From positions 64,001 to 128,000 of the forward strand of contig JBHJGN010000029.1 in the NCBI GenBank assembly GCA_050331735.1: DNA of 64,000 bases. Reading direction: 5' to 3'. This DNA is from Cyanophyceae cyanobacterium. Lineage in GTDB: Bacteria; Cyanobacteriota; Cyanobacteriia; Cyanobacteriales; JBHJGN01. A program made the translations under genes and the position numbers. The stretch's first letter is position 1. Each line of letters begins with the position of its first letter. The notes under the pieces are model-generated. The model had not been told where the DNA came from. It searched no databases and saw nothing but the letters and a program-made list of their open reading frames with translations. Below are positions 22,144 to 33,200 of this stretch, in pieces.

Positions 22144-22794
22144 CTAAGCTAGTCTGTCTGTTATCTCTTTAATGTAGAGTACACAGCTCGATTGAGAATA
22201 AGGAGTATGGAAGGTTCCTGCGGGAAGCTGAAGCCACGTTCCGGCTTGATGCCGACCGTTCTCATCAGCATACTCCCCTGCTAAAACAAATATCTCTCTG
22301 GTTGCTTCCAGCCTCAGCGACTCGGTAAAACCTCGGTGCCAGCGCTCCAGCCGCACTTGTTCTGAAAATCCTGGCTGAGCATAAAGCCGTTTAACGTCCC
22401 GACCGGGAGAAGAAGTCCAAGGCAGCTCGCGCGTGTTGAGACTGAGTTGCTGAAGCTTGGGGCCGCCATACTGTCGCAGCTTCACAAACAGCGTACAGCC
22501 ATCAGGGGAAAAAGGAGCATGGGAAAAGCCTTCTGGATTGAGGAGATAAAAACCCGCCGGATAAGTCCCAAATTCATCGGCAAAGGTTCCCTCCAGCACA
22601 AAAATTTCCTCGCCTTCTGGATGGGGGTGACAAGCAAACACAGAACCAGGAGCGAAGCGGACTACGGAAGTGACCCGTCCAGACTCGACCTCGCCGCTGA
22701 GTTCGAGACGCTTGCGCCACACCCCAGGACTCGGACTCGGCTGCCACTCCATTGTTTGAGTATCGACAACTTTTATGTCAAAAACTTGGTTCAT
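22144..22794 (-). CDS. ChrR-like double cupin protein
   Basis: WQPSPSPGVWRKRL, HPHPEGEEIFVLEG. Confidence 0.85.
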   Translation of the reverse strand: MNQVFDIKVVDTQTMEWQPSPSPGVWRKRLELSGEVESGRVTSVVRFAPGSVFACHPHPEGEEIFVLEGTFADEFGTYPAGFYLLNPEGFSHAPFSPDGCTLFVKLRQYGGPKLQQLSLNTRELPWTSSPGRDVKRLYAQPGFSEQVRLERWHRGFTESLRLEATREIFVLAGEYADENGRHQAGTWLQLPAGTFHTPYSQSSCVLYIKEITDRLA

Positions 22795-22951
22795 TGCTAC
22801 TCAGTCCATCAACACTACCTAAATTATGACCGCTACTGCTAATCAACAGAAGTCAGGAGCTAGGTGTCATTGGATAGCAAACGGTAAAGATTTGTGTCGA
22901 GATTGACAAATCATGGTAGCCTTTGAAAGGCTAATCGTGCATCACTAAGTA

Positions 22952-23872
22952 ATGAGTATCAAGCGTCGCGAGCTTTTACTGCTCAGTAGCCTAAGCGTCG
23001 GTATCGCAGTTATTGGTAAAATGCTTCACGCCCAAGCCAAAGCTCAGGATGAAGTGTCCTATACGACTTCTACTCCAGAAAAAAAACAAATTGATACTCA
23101 GCAGCAGACACTGCTACTGCGCTTCGTCTCCTTAGCCGATGTCGGCACAGGCGATCGCAAACAGTATGCCGTGGCAGAAGCGATGAAGCACTACTACCAG
23201 CAGCATCCGTTTCCAGCGGTGCTGCTGGCCGGGGACAATATTTACAGAAACGGCACCATCAAAAAAATTGCGCGGGCGTTCGAGCAGCCCTATAGCTATC
23301 TACGTCAGCAGGGAGTCAAGTTCTTTGCCTGCCTAGGCAATCACGACATTCGCATTGCCAACGGCAACCATCAGGTGCAGTATCCCGAATTTAATATGAG
23401 CGGTCGCTACTATACGTTTCGGCGCGGTCCTGTGCAATTTTTTGCCCTCGACACCAATCGTAATGCGGCATGGCAGCATCAGCTAACCTGGCTAGAGCAA
23501 GAGTTGAACCGCAGCAAGGCTCCGTGGAAAGTGGTGTTTGGTCATCATCCTCTTTATTCATCCGGGCGATACCGATTCAGTAGACGACTCGCTCCCAAGC
23601 TGAAGCCTCTCTTTGAGAACTACGGCGTTCAGCTTTACATTAACGGACACGAACACCACTACGAACGAACTCACTCAATTTCCGGCACCACCTACGTCAC
23701 CTGTGGCTCTGGGGCCAGAACTCGCTCGGTAGGGCGTTCATCCTGGACAGCCCATGCTGCCTCGCGGCTCAGCTTTGCGGCTTTTGACGTGTATAGCGAT
23801 CGCCTGGTTATTCAAGGAGTTGATGCCAATGGCACGGTTTTCGACCGCGCCGCGATTGGATTGCAGGGATGA
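22952..23872 (+). CDS. Tat-exported metallophosphoesterase
   Basis: KRRELL, ADVG, AGDNIY, GNHD, GHEH. Confidence 0.9.
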   Translation: MSIKRRELLLLSSLSVGIAVIGKMLHAQAKAQDEVSYTTSTPEKKQIDTQQQTLLLRFVSLADVGTGDRKQYAVAEAMKHYYQQHPFPAVLLAGDNIYRNGTIKKIARAFEQPYSYLRQQGVKFFACLGNHDIRIANGNHQVQYPEFNMSGRYYTFRRGPVQFFALDTNRNAAWQHQLTWLEQELNRSKAPWKVVFGHHPLYSSGRYRFSRRLAPKLKPLFENYGVQLYINGHEHHYERTHSISGTTYVTCGSGARTRSVGRSSWTAHAASRLSFAAFDVYSDRLVIQGVDANGTVFDRAAIGLQG

Positions 23873-23953
23873 GCGCTCATCACGACATTACGAGGCCCAA
23901 ATTACCTATCTGATGACACGTCTTGATGGATCGACATTCCTGGGTTAACTGCT

Positions 23954-25291
23954 TTAAATCAGAAAGCAGGTGGCTAAATACAAAGCGGATATCGAGAGCT
24001 GCATAAGCATCACAGGAATGCCATATTTAAGAAATGTCCTAAACGAAATCCGCTGTCCGTGCTGTTCAGAAATTCCGGCAGCAACAATGTTAGAAGAAGC
24101 CCCCACTAAAGTTCCATTTCCCCCTAAAGTGGCTCCCAGCATCATCGCATAGAACAGGGGCAATACTTCTAGCGGAAATTGCCCATTGAAATCTGAACTT
24201 AAAACTGCTGAACTAACAAATCCGACATTGACTAGGTACTGTTTGAGGAGCGGAACCATCGCTACCACTAGGGGGATATTGGGGATCAGGCTAGACAGAA
24301 ATCCTACGGTAAATAATAACAAGAGCGAGCCTAAAGCAACGTTTTGACCGACGATTGTTGCCATGATGCTAGACAACGCATTAACAACTCCTGTCTTTTC
24401 TAATCCGCCAATGAGGACAAAGGTGGACATAAAAAATAACAGCGTACTCCAGTCTACGTCGCGCAAAATATTATTAACTGAATCAATTTGGCTATGATGA
24501 GCGAGCCATAAGGCGAGGGTTGCCCCTAATAAAGCAACCGCTGCTGGCGGGATGGGGATAGGCAGAGATTCTCCAATCACAAAAAATACGAGCACAAAAG
24601 CCATGATCACTCCTCCAAGCGCTAACACTCGGGGATGATTAACTTTTGGGTCGGGTAACTGTTCTAAATGCTCAAATTTTCGGTGCCAAATCTTGGGAAA
24701 CAGGAAAGGGATCAGGATCACTACTGTACCAACGGCGAGCGCTCCTCCTAAACTCAACCGCATCAGGTAATCTGTAAAGCTAATATTAATCGCATCCCCA
24801 ACAATGAAAGTGGCTGGATCTCCAACCAAGGTCAGTAGTCCAGAACTGTTAGCCACAAAAACGAGCAGGATGAGTAAGGGAACGAAATCTACGCCAATAT
24901 CTTCAGCAATCGGCGGAATTAGCGGTGCTAACAACATCACTGTCGTAGCGTTTGGCAACACGGCACAAATCGGAGTAGTGATGCCAACAATTCCTAGCAA
25001 TAGCCGTTTTCCTTGGCCTCTCGCTAGTAAAACTATTTGCGCTGCCAGGTAGTCGAAAATTTTGGTGGGTTCAAAAGCCCTCACTAATACCATGACTCCA
25101 AAAAATAGCGCCAACGTTGAATGACTTTGACTAATATACTGAACGGCCTCTGTTAGGGTCAATATGTGAGTAAAAACTAAAATCAAGGCTCCTAGGAGAG
25201 CTACAACCGTAAAATGCAGCAGATCGGAAGCAACAAACCAAATTACGCCTGCAAACGTCGAAGCGGCAATAAACGCCTGTAGATTATCCAT
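23954..25291 (-). CDS. ArsB/NhaD/SLC13 ion transporter family permease
   Basis: PNATTV, TLVGDPAT, PNIPLV, GGNGTLVGASSN; multi-TM. Confidence 0.88.
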   Translation of the reverse strand: MDNLQAFIAASTFAGVIWFVASDLLHFTVVALLGALILVFTHILTLTEAVQYISQSHSTLALFFGVMVLVRAFEPTKIFDYLAAQIVLLARGQGKRLLLGIVGITTPICAVLPNATTVMLLAPLIPPIAEDIGVDFVPLLILLVFVANSSGLLTLVGDPATFIVGDAINISFTDYLMRLSLGGALAVGTVVILIPFLFPKIWHRKFEHLEQLPDPKVNHPRVLALGGVIMAFVLVFFVIGESLPIPIPPAAVALLGATLALWLAHHSQIDSVNNILRDVDWSTLLFFMSTFVLIGGLEKTGVVNALSSIMATIVGQNVALGSLLLLFTVGFLSSLIPNIPLVVAMVPLLKQYLVNVGFVSSAVLSSDFNGQFPLEVLPLFYAMMLGATLGGNGTLVGASSNIVAAGISEQHGQRISFRTFLKYGIPVMLMQLSISALYLATCFLI

Positions 25292-25596
25292 AATACTCAG
25301 AAATGTTACGTCAAGAGTAAAAGCTAATCACAAGCTTTGTTGTGATTGATTTTTACGAACCAATCAGCCTAATCCAGGGCGATTGTTGTCAAAGAAATCA
25401 CCTTATGAGGTTAATGGGTGAAAGAAACATGAATCTTGAACTTACTCGACAAGAATCTGAAAATCTAGAGTAAGCCAATGTTTTTAAAGTTATAGAAACA
25501 TAGGTAGTGCCTTAGTCTTTAATAGCAGGTACGAAATGTAGAGCAGTACCAGCGAAAACCGTAAGAATCAAGACACGACTATTTAGGTATCGATTC

Positions 25597-25760
25597 TTCA
25601 GTCTTCCCTCAATGCCGACGAGGTTAGCTGACGGGCTAGGGTTGAGAGATACCCCTCTCTAAAAATTTTTAGAGATATGCCCCAAAAAATGGTTCCCCCG
25701 CTCCTGTTTCATTAATCCAGACAAAACGCCTGCCCAATGAAACAGAGATTAGGCTGACTT
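25597..25760 (-). ncRNA. c-di-AMP (ydaO/yuaA) riboswitch
   Basis: Minus strand: CAGCCTAATC..GGAGCGGGGGAACCA..GGGGCATATC..GGGTATCTCTCAACCCTAGCCCGTCAGCTAACCTCGTCGGC. Confidence 0.92.
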
Positions 25761-26027
25761 ACTCTATCCAGTTAGTACGAGATTATATCACATCAATTTT
25801 AAAATGATCTGTATCACCAAAAACTATTGACTTTTTCAATTCCTGATTGTTGTTGATATCAATGCTATTGGGCTTCTCGGAGATTGTCCAGGCGGGTAGA
25901 ACAATGAGCAGGTTAGAGTCGGTGGAGCGCTTCTCAGACCGGAGAAAGCGATCGCTCTTTGAGTTTATCTTTACTAGTGGAAGTGGGTATTCTCATTTAT
26001 ACTTGAGATCCTCATCACATCGACTTC

Positions 26028-26522
26028 TTGACCCCAGTGCCTCAAACTCAGCTCAACCGTTCTTCCCCAAAATCTTTGGCGGTGATTGGCTGGCGAGAAA
26101 CCGTTGCCCTCCCTGCTCTTGGTATTGCAGAAATTAAGGCCAAAATCGACACCGGGGCGCGCTCATCAGCTTTACACGCTTTCAATATTGAACCGTTTCA
26201 GCACGATAGCCAGGAAATGGTTCGCTTTCAGGTCCATCCTCAACAGCGCAATAGTCAGCAGACAGTGACGGCAGCAGCACCCCTGCTGGAGTATCGGCAG
26301 GTCAAGAATTCCGGAGGTCAGGCCCAGCTTCGACCCGTAATCCAAACCATAGTAGGATTGGGAGAGCAGCAGTGGACTATTGAGCTGACGCTCACAAATC
26401 GAGACGCGATGGGCTTCCGGATGCTGCTAGGTCGTCAGGCCGTGAGACGGCGATTTTTAGTAGATGCGGGTAGCTCCTTTCTGCACCGCCCTAGCCCAAC
26501 TCACCGATACAGAGAACCATGA
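26028..26522 (+). CDS. RimK-associated retropepsin-like protease (RimB-like)
   Basis: [28 protein letters not shown]. Confidence 0.9.
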   Translation: MTPVPQTQLNRSSPKSLAVIGWRETVALPALGIAEIKAKIDTGARSSALHAFNIEPFQHDSQEMVRFQVHPQQRNSQQTVTAAAPLLEYRQVKNSGGQAQLRPVIQTIVGLGEQQWTIELTLTNRDAMGFRMLLGRQAVRRRFLVDAGSSFLHRPSPTHRYREP

Positions 26523-27424
26523 AAATTGCTATCCTATCGCAGGAACCGTCGCTCTACTCTACCCGACGACTCAGAGAAGCTGGCATTGAACAAGGACACG
26601 ACGTGCGGGTGGTCAACTACCTCCGCTGCTACATGAATATTACGTCTCACAAGCCGATGGTGTTCTATGACGGCAAGCCGCTAGAAAATTTTGATGCCAT
26701 CATTCCTCGCATTGGAGCATCTCGGACTTTCTACGGCACGGCGGTAGTGCGTCAGTTTGAGGTGATGGGCGTGTTCAGCACCAATGAATCCCAGGCGATT
26801 TCGCGCTCCCGCGATAAACTCCGCTGCCTACAAATTTTAGCTCGTGAAGGCATTGGATTGCCCGTTACTGGATTTGCCCACGCTACCGAGGATATCGATG
26901 GCTTAATTGAGTCAGTTGGCGGTGCGCCAGTGGTGATCAAGCTGTTGGAAGGCACTCAGGGGATTGGGGTGGTGCTGGCAGAAACCCAGAAAGCCGCCAA
27001 GTCGGTAATTGAAGCGTTTCGGGGATTGGATGCCAACATTTTGGTTCAGGAGTTTATTGAAGAAGCCGGAGGAGCCGATATTCGCTGTTTTGTGATTGGC
27101 GGCAAGATTATCGCCGCCATGAAGCGTCAAGGGGCGGAAGGAGAATTTCGCTCGAACCTGCATCGGGGGGGGACGGCGACGAAAATTAAGCTTACGCCAG
27201 AGGAGCGCAGTACCGCTGTCCGGGCTGCCAAGGCGATGGGATTAAGGGTTGCCGGAGTAGACATGCTGCGCTCTAACCACGGGCCTGTGATCATGGAGGT
27301 AAATTCTTCTCCGGGGTTAGAAGGCATCGAGAAGGCGACCGGCATGGATGTTGCTGGCATAATTATTGAGTACATCTCCAAAAATGCCGAATCCGGCAGA
27401 ACCCGCGATCGCATTCCTTACTAG
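26519..27424 (+). CDS. rimK: RimK alpha-L-glutamate ligase
   Basis: [40 protein letters not shown]. Confidence 0.95.
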   Translation: MKIAILSQEPSLYSTRRLREAGIEQGHDVRVVNYLRCYMNITSHKPMVFYDGKPLENFDAIIPRIGASRTFYGTAVVRQFEVMGVFSTNESQAISRSRDKLRCLQILAREGIGLPVTGFAHATEDIDGLIESVGGAPVVIKLLEGTQGIGVVLAETQKAAKSVIEAFRGLDANILVQEFIEEAGGADIRCFVIGGKIIAAMKRQGAEGEFRSNLHRGGTATKIKLTPEERSTAVRAAKAMGLRVAGVDMLRSNHGPVIMEVNSSPGLEGIEKATGMDVAGIIIEYISKNAESGRTRDRIPY

Positions 27425-27435
27425 GAGCGAGAACC

Positions 27436-28383
27436 GTGGGAGACTCCTTAGACATTGCCGGAGAAGCGATCGCTCCCGGAGAACGCCGACATATCGAAAT
27501 TCCGGTGGCTCGTTTGGCCACGCAAACCATGCTCTCTCTCCCGGTGATTGCCCTCAACGGCACCCAACCAGGACCGAGACTGTGGTTAAGCGCCGCCATT
27601 CACGGCGATGAAATTAACGGAGTGGAAATTATTCGCCAGGTGTTGGCCCAGATTGAACCGCAACAGCTTCGGGGAACTCTCATTGCCGTCCCAATTGTGA
27701 ATGTATTCGGCTTCATCGAACAATCGCGATACCTTCCAGACCGCAGAGACTTAAATCGCGCTTTCCCCGGTTCGGCAACCGGGTCTTTGGCCTCCCGGCT
27801 CGCTCATTTATTTATGCAGGAAATCGTCAGCCGCAGTACCCACGGCATCGATCTCCACACTGCCGCCGTTCCCCGCACCAACTTGCCTCACATTCGCGCC
27901 AATCTGCAAGATGCCGAAACCTATCGCTGTGCTAAAGCGTTTGGTGCCCCGCTAATGATTCACGCCACGACCCGCGATGGTTCTTTGCGGCAAGCCGCCG
28001 CAAATAAAGGCATTCCGACATTACTTTATGAAGCCGGAGAAGCGTTGCGGTTTGATGACGCAGCGATTCGAGCCGGAGTCGCGGGAGTGCGGCAAGTGAT
28101 GGGGACTTTAGCCATGTATAAAGCTCCTGATTCTACCCCAACAGATTCAGTAGAAGTTCGTCAGAGCAAATGGGTGCGAGCCCCCCGGAGCGGCATCTTT
28201 CGCCTAGAAGTCGCACTAGGAGAGCGAGTGGAGAAGAAGCAGCAGTTAGGCGTGATTGCCGATGTCTTTGGCGAAACCAATGTTCAGGTGCGGTCCTCAA
28301 TGAACGGCATTGTCATCGGTCATACTCAAAACCCGCTGGTCAATCAGGGGGACGGGATCGTTCACGTTGCCATTGTTGAGTAA
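27436..28383 (+). CDS. Succinylglutamate desuccinylase/aspartoacylase family protein
   Basis: AAIHGDEING, DLNRAFPG, IDLHT, YEAG. Confidence 0.9.
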   Translation: MGDSLDIAGEAIAPGERRHIEIPVARLATQTMLSLPVIALNGTQPGPRLWLSAAIHGDEINGVEIIRQVLAQIEPQQLRGTLIAVPIVNVFGFIEQSRYLPDRRDLNRAFPGSATGSLASRLAHLFMQEIVSRSTHGIDLHTAAVPRTNLPHIRANLQDAETYRCAKAFGAPLMIHATTRDGSLRQAAANKGIPTLLYEAGEALRFDDAAIRAGVAGVRQVMGTLAMYKAPDSTPTDSVEVRQSKWVRAPRSGIFRLEVALGERVEKKQQLGVIADVFGETNVQVRSSMNGIVIGHTQNPLVNQGDGIVHVAIVE

Positions 28384-28495
28384 CTTGTGCAATGGAATAG
28401 GAATGGAAAGGCGATCGCCCTTTATTACTCTCGCCATGACCTCATTTCTCAATCCTGGGTATATCGGCCACTAGACACGGGTATCAGTTCTTGGA

Positions 28496-29020
28496 TTGGA
28501 TAGCCTAGATATCCTATCAGGTAACCAAGGAAATGACTTTATTTTTGCTGGTGGAGGCGACGATCGCTTATTTGGCAACAGCGGCAACGATTTTCTCTTT
28601 GGCGGTAGCGGTAGGGACAATTTGGTGGGAAATCAAGGCAGAGATTTTCTCAAGGGCGGTCAGGAGCGAGATTTTCTGCGGGGAGGCGGGGGCAAAGATT
28701 TCCGAGTCGGTGATGAAGGAAGCGAGATTTTTATCTTACAGCCCGGAAAAGGAACTGATATTATTGCTGATTTTGAAAATGGCGTAGATTTGCTAGAACT
28801 CATTCCTAATCCAGTCTTTGCTGATATTACTGCTAATCTGGAAAATGGCATATATTTGCCAGGACCACTTCCCAGTTTGGACTTTGATGAAATCCAAATT
28901 TCACAAGTAGGAGAAGATACGGCCATTGGAAACGGGAACCAAGTATTCACCTTGCTGAGGGGCATTGATGCTAATACTATCGGAGCTGACGACTTCACGA
29001 TAGTCGAAATTGTGGTATGA
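28496..29020 (+). CDS. RTX/hemolysin-type Ca-binding protein fragment, probably 5'-truncated
   Basis: GGxGxD nonapeptides and GTDIIADFENGVD; begins directly in the repeats with a TTG start. Confidence 0.6.
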   Translation: MDSLDILSGNQGNDFIFAGGGDDRLFGNSGNDFLFGGSGRDNLVGNQGRDFLKGGQERDFLRGGGGKDFRVGDEGSEIFILQPGKGTDIIADFENGVDLLELIPNPVFADITANLENGIYLPGPLPSLDFDEIQISQVGEDTAIGNGNQVFTLLRGIDANTIGADDFTIVEIVV

Positions 29021-29086
29021 CAACAAGAGTGGTAATCGCAAGGCGGCTTTTGCTAGAATCCGAGGCGAAAATCGACGATACCTTTG

Positions 29087-30016
29087 ATGAGCGCTAACCC
29101 GTTTAGCTTGAAAATTTCTCAGCTACGAACTTTGGTAGAAGTCGCAGAGCAGGGGAACTTTAGTGAGGCAGCGTTGCAGCTTGGAGTTTCTCAGTCCGCC
29201 GTTAGCCATGCGATCGCTACTTTAGAAGAAGAGTTGGGCGTCCTGTTATTTAACCGCGGTCGTCAAGGAGCTTCTCCCACCCCTATTGGTGAGCGCATGA
29301 TTGTGCAAGCACGTCAGGTTCTTGCTTTACTCGTTGACATGGTTCAAGAAGCCAATCGAGAAAAAGGGTTGGAGGGAGGACAGGTCCGCATCGCCACATT
29401 TCGCAGCGTGGCCACTCGCATCCTGCCTTCAGTCATTTCTCGGTTTCGCAGTAACTTTCCTCTAATTACGGTATCTGTGACCGAGGCGGACGAGCTCTTT
29501 GAAATAGAACAGTTACTGCGTGCTGGCCATGCCGATATTGGCTTTACCCATCTACCCTGTTCAGCAGACTTTGAATCCTTTGAAATTCTCAGAGACGAAT
29601 ACATTGTCTTGCTGCCTCCTGCTTTTCAATCAAGCCAGGAGCAACTAAGCTGGGAAGAGCTAGCAGCTTATCCTCTGATTATCTCCTCAGAAGATAGCTG
29701 CTCTATCAGCATTCGGAATTATTTAAAGTCTGCGAAGGTTCCCGTAGATATTGCCTATAGAATTCGACAAGACTCCACCATTGTCAGTATGGCCATGCAG
29801 GGTTTAGGAGCCGCAATCTTGCCACGGCTCGCTGCCGAACCAATTCCTGCTGACCTGAAAGTGCGTCATTTGCCGACTTCGTTGGAAAGACTCATCGGCG
29901 TGGTGATGTTTAAAAATGCCCTTCACACTCCGGCTGTATTTGCCTTTCTAGAGGCTGTAAGAAATGCAGGACAGTTTGGAGTAGCTCGTGCTGCTAAAAC
30001 TGAGAAAAATCAGTAG
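29087..30016 (+). CDS. LysR-family transcriptional regulator
   Basis: FSEAALQLGVSQSAVSHAIATLEEELG HTH. Confidence 0.93.
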   Translation: MSANPFSLKISQLRTLVEVAEQGNFSEAALQLGVSQSAVSHAIATLEEELGVLLFNRGRQGASPTPIGERMIVQARQVLALLVDMVQEANREKGLEGGQVRIATFRSVATRILPSVISRFRSNFPLITVSVTEADELFEIEQLLRAGHADIGFTHLPCSADFESFEILRDEYIVLLPPAFQSSQEQLSWEELAAYPLIISSEDSCSISIRNYLKSAKVPVDIAYRIRQDSTIVSMAMQGLGAAILPRLAAEPIPADLKVRHLPTSLERLIGVVMFKNALHTPAVFAFLEAVRNAGQFGVARAAKTEKNQ

Positions 30017-30116
30017 TCTGCGAACATAGAGACAGCGAATCAAGCTCCGAATGAGCTACTGCACAAGCTTTGAGGGGTGTTACCCTCGCTCCTGACCCCC
30101 GAATCTTACTATGTTT

Positions 30117-30158
30117 GTAGCATCAAATACGCTACAAAAGATGCAAATTGCCTACTCT
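30117..30158 (+). promoter_or_regulatory. Canonical NtcA-activated promoter
   Basis: GTA-GCATCAAA-TAC-N22-TACTCT. Confidence 0.55.
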
Positions 30159-30241
30159 AGCAACGGCAAGACAACGAGCCCTCAGCTCAACAGTTGCTGA
30201 GCACTAACCTTGATTACCCCATTTGTGAAGCTCTAAAAATT

Positions 30242-33200
30242 ATGCCTACCGTGCGCCCTTCAACTCTTTCAGCGGTGAAGCATCTCGTTTTCATTGATTC
30301 CTCCGTAGACAATTATCATCAATTGCTGGCCGGAATTTACCCTTATGCTGAAGCATTCGTCCTGCATCCCTCCGAGGATGGAGTGCAGCAAATTACTCAA
30401 GCTTTAAGCACCCGTCAGCATCTTGACAGTATTCATCTTGTCTCCCACGGATGTCCTGGTTCCTTGCGTCTTGGCAACGCTGAGCTCAGTCTCGATACTC
30501 TCGTGCAGTATGGCCCTCAACTCCAGCAGTGGCGGCAGGCTTTAAGTAAAACAGCGAATCTTCTTATCTATGGCTGTGAGGTTGGCGCTACCGAGCGAGG
30601 AGCGGCGTTTCTCTACTGTCTCAAAGCCCTCGTCGGAGCTGAGGTTGCCGCTTCTAAGCAGCGAACGGGGAGTGCAGCTTTAGGAGGGAATTGGCAGCTA
30701 GAGGAGAGCACAGGAGCCGTAGAAGCGGCTCTAGCCTTTACGCCAGAAACGATGGCCGCCTATGACTCCATTTTGTCGGTAATTGCAGAGAGTTTCGACG
30801 GCAGCGATTTTCCTCCTCGCGGCTGGGAGCGGTTTCCGGGAGAAAACGAACTCGGACCCAACGCTGGCTGGACTTTAGGTGTGGACAACGGCTTTGGAGG
30901 TCGCTCGGTGGCGTTTGTTCCCCCAGAAGATGTGGAGGGAGGAGTGGCCCAAGATTGGCTTGTTACGCCGTTGCTCAGACCGAGTGCTGAGAACAGTACG
31001 CTGAGCTTTGATGCCAGACAGGTATTTCCAGATGACTTAGGCAGTAACTATGCGGTGCAGGTGTCTACCGCCGGACAAACGGACCCTGATGATTTTGAGA
31101 CTGTTTTAGAGTTTACCGAAGCTGGCATTCCCTTTGATGAGTACCAAACCTATGCGGTAGACTTCAGCGACTACGTTGGGGAAGATATTTACGTAGCGTT
31201 CGTCTTGGAAAACGACAACGGTGACTTCTTTGCCATTGACGATGTTGAGGGGTTGCCCTTTACTCCTGACATTTTAATTAGCCAATCGGGCGATCGCGTC
31301 GGTCTGAGTCGCGGCGGCACGAACGAAACGATTCAAGTGGCGCTCACCACCCAGCCCAGCAGCGATGTACTAATTGACTTTAGCACCGATAGTCGCGAAG
31401 TCGCTTCGATTGAATCGGCCCTGTTTACCCCGGAAAACTGGGAGCAGCCGCAGGTAGTGGAGCTCGATCTGGCTGAATTGGGCAGTACCGGAGAGCCAGA
31501 GACCCCCTTCTCCCTCGCCGTTTCGACGACCACTGAAGATCCCGACTACGCCACCATTGACGTTGACAACATTACCGGCACGATTGTCGATAGCGGCATT
31601 CCGTTCTTCCCTAGCTACCGCACCGTAGAAGAGACCTTTGCTGACCTCTCTGCCCTCGCAGAAGCGAACCCGGACATTGCTAGCTGGGTAGACATCGGCG
31701 ATAGCTACGATAAAGTCACGTCCGGCAGTCCTGAAGGCTACGATATTTACGCCCTGGAGCTAACCAACCCCAGCACCGGCAGCGAGGACAAACCGACTTT
31801 CTACGTTGAAGGAGCGATTCACGCCCGCGAATACACCACCGCCGAACTTGTGACCCGCTTCGCCGAAGATCTTGTAGCTGGCTATGGCACTGATGCCGAT
31901 GCCACCTGGCTCCTCGATGAATTCAAAATTGCTGTCGTTCCCATCGTCAACCCGGACGGACGCAAGTTTGCTGAACAGGGCTATCTCTGGCGCAAAAACA
32001 CCAATCCCGAACCTAATTTAGCCGGAGAAACGGCTCCTTTTCCCGATTATGGTGTCGATCTCAACCGCAACTTTGATTCCCAGTGGGGAGAAGTTCCCGG
32101 AGGATCTAGCGGGGAACCAGGAGATGCCACCTATCGGGGAACCTCCGCCTTTTCTGAGCCGGAAACTCAAGCCGTCCGCGACTATGTACTCTCGCTATTC
32201 CCCGACCAAAAAGGGTCTGATGAGCTAGCAGATGCCGTTCCCGACGATGCGACTGGGATTTTTATTGATGTTCATAGTTTTGGGCAACTCATTCTGTATC
32301 CCTTTGGCTGGACCTCTGAACCAGCCCCGGATCGAAAAGCGCTCGAAACCCTGGGGCGCAAGTTTGGCTACTTCACCGGGGTAGATGGTGAAGCCTACGA
32401 CGTCTCTCAGGCCATTGGCCTCTACCCCACCGACGGCACGACCGACGACTGGGCCTATGAAACCCTCGGAGTCGCCGGGTACACGTTTGAGCTAGGAACG
32501 CAATTTTTCGAGGAGAGCGACTACTTCGAGGAGGTGATTGTCCCCGAAGCCACTCCTGCCCTGTTCTATGCTGCCAAAGCTGCCTACCGCCCTTATCAGC
32601 AGCCGTTTGGTCCAGATACCGTTGAACTCAGCGTTGATTTAGAGCAGGTGGTTGCGGGAACGACAGTGGAGCTGAGCGCTACCGCTGACGATACGCGCTA
32701 CGACGACGGGGCCACTGACGAGCTGGATTCTCCGCCCGAGCCAATTCAAGACATTGCTGCGGCTCGCTACAGTATTGACGTGCTGCCTTGGGAAGCAGAG
32801 GAACTCACCGCTCTCACCGCTGCCGATGGTGCTTTTGATAGTGCGGTAGAAGGGCTCACTGGTACTCTCGATACCAGCGCTCTAGCTCCCGGTCGCTATA
32901 CCGTGTTTGTGCAGAGTGAAGATGCCAACGCTAACTTCGGAGTTGCCAGTGCCGTCTTTGTCGAGGTGGTCGAGTCTCCTCCCGATGCCGAGACGACGAC
33001 GGGGAGCGATGACGCAGAAACGCTCACCGGACTAGATGGCAGCGAGGTAATCTACGCTCGCGGCGGCGACGATACGGTAGCGGGCGGCCAGGGCGATGAC
33101 CTGCTGTTCGGCAACGCCGGGGATGACGTCCTCCGAGGCGATCGCAATGACCGCTCTCCTGGCGGACCCGACGGCGGCGACGATACGCTCTACGGCGGCG

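Noticed and set aside
25812..25825. NtcA site upstream of the rimK operon
   Set aside because: GTA-N8-AAC has a mismatch and no correctly spaced -10 box
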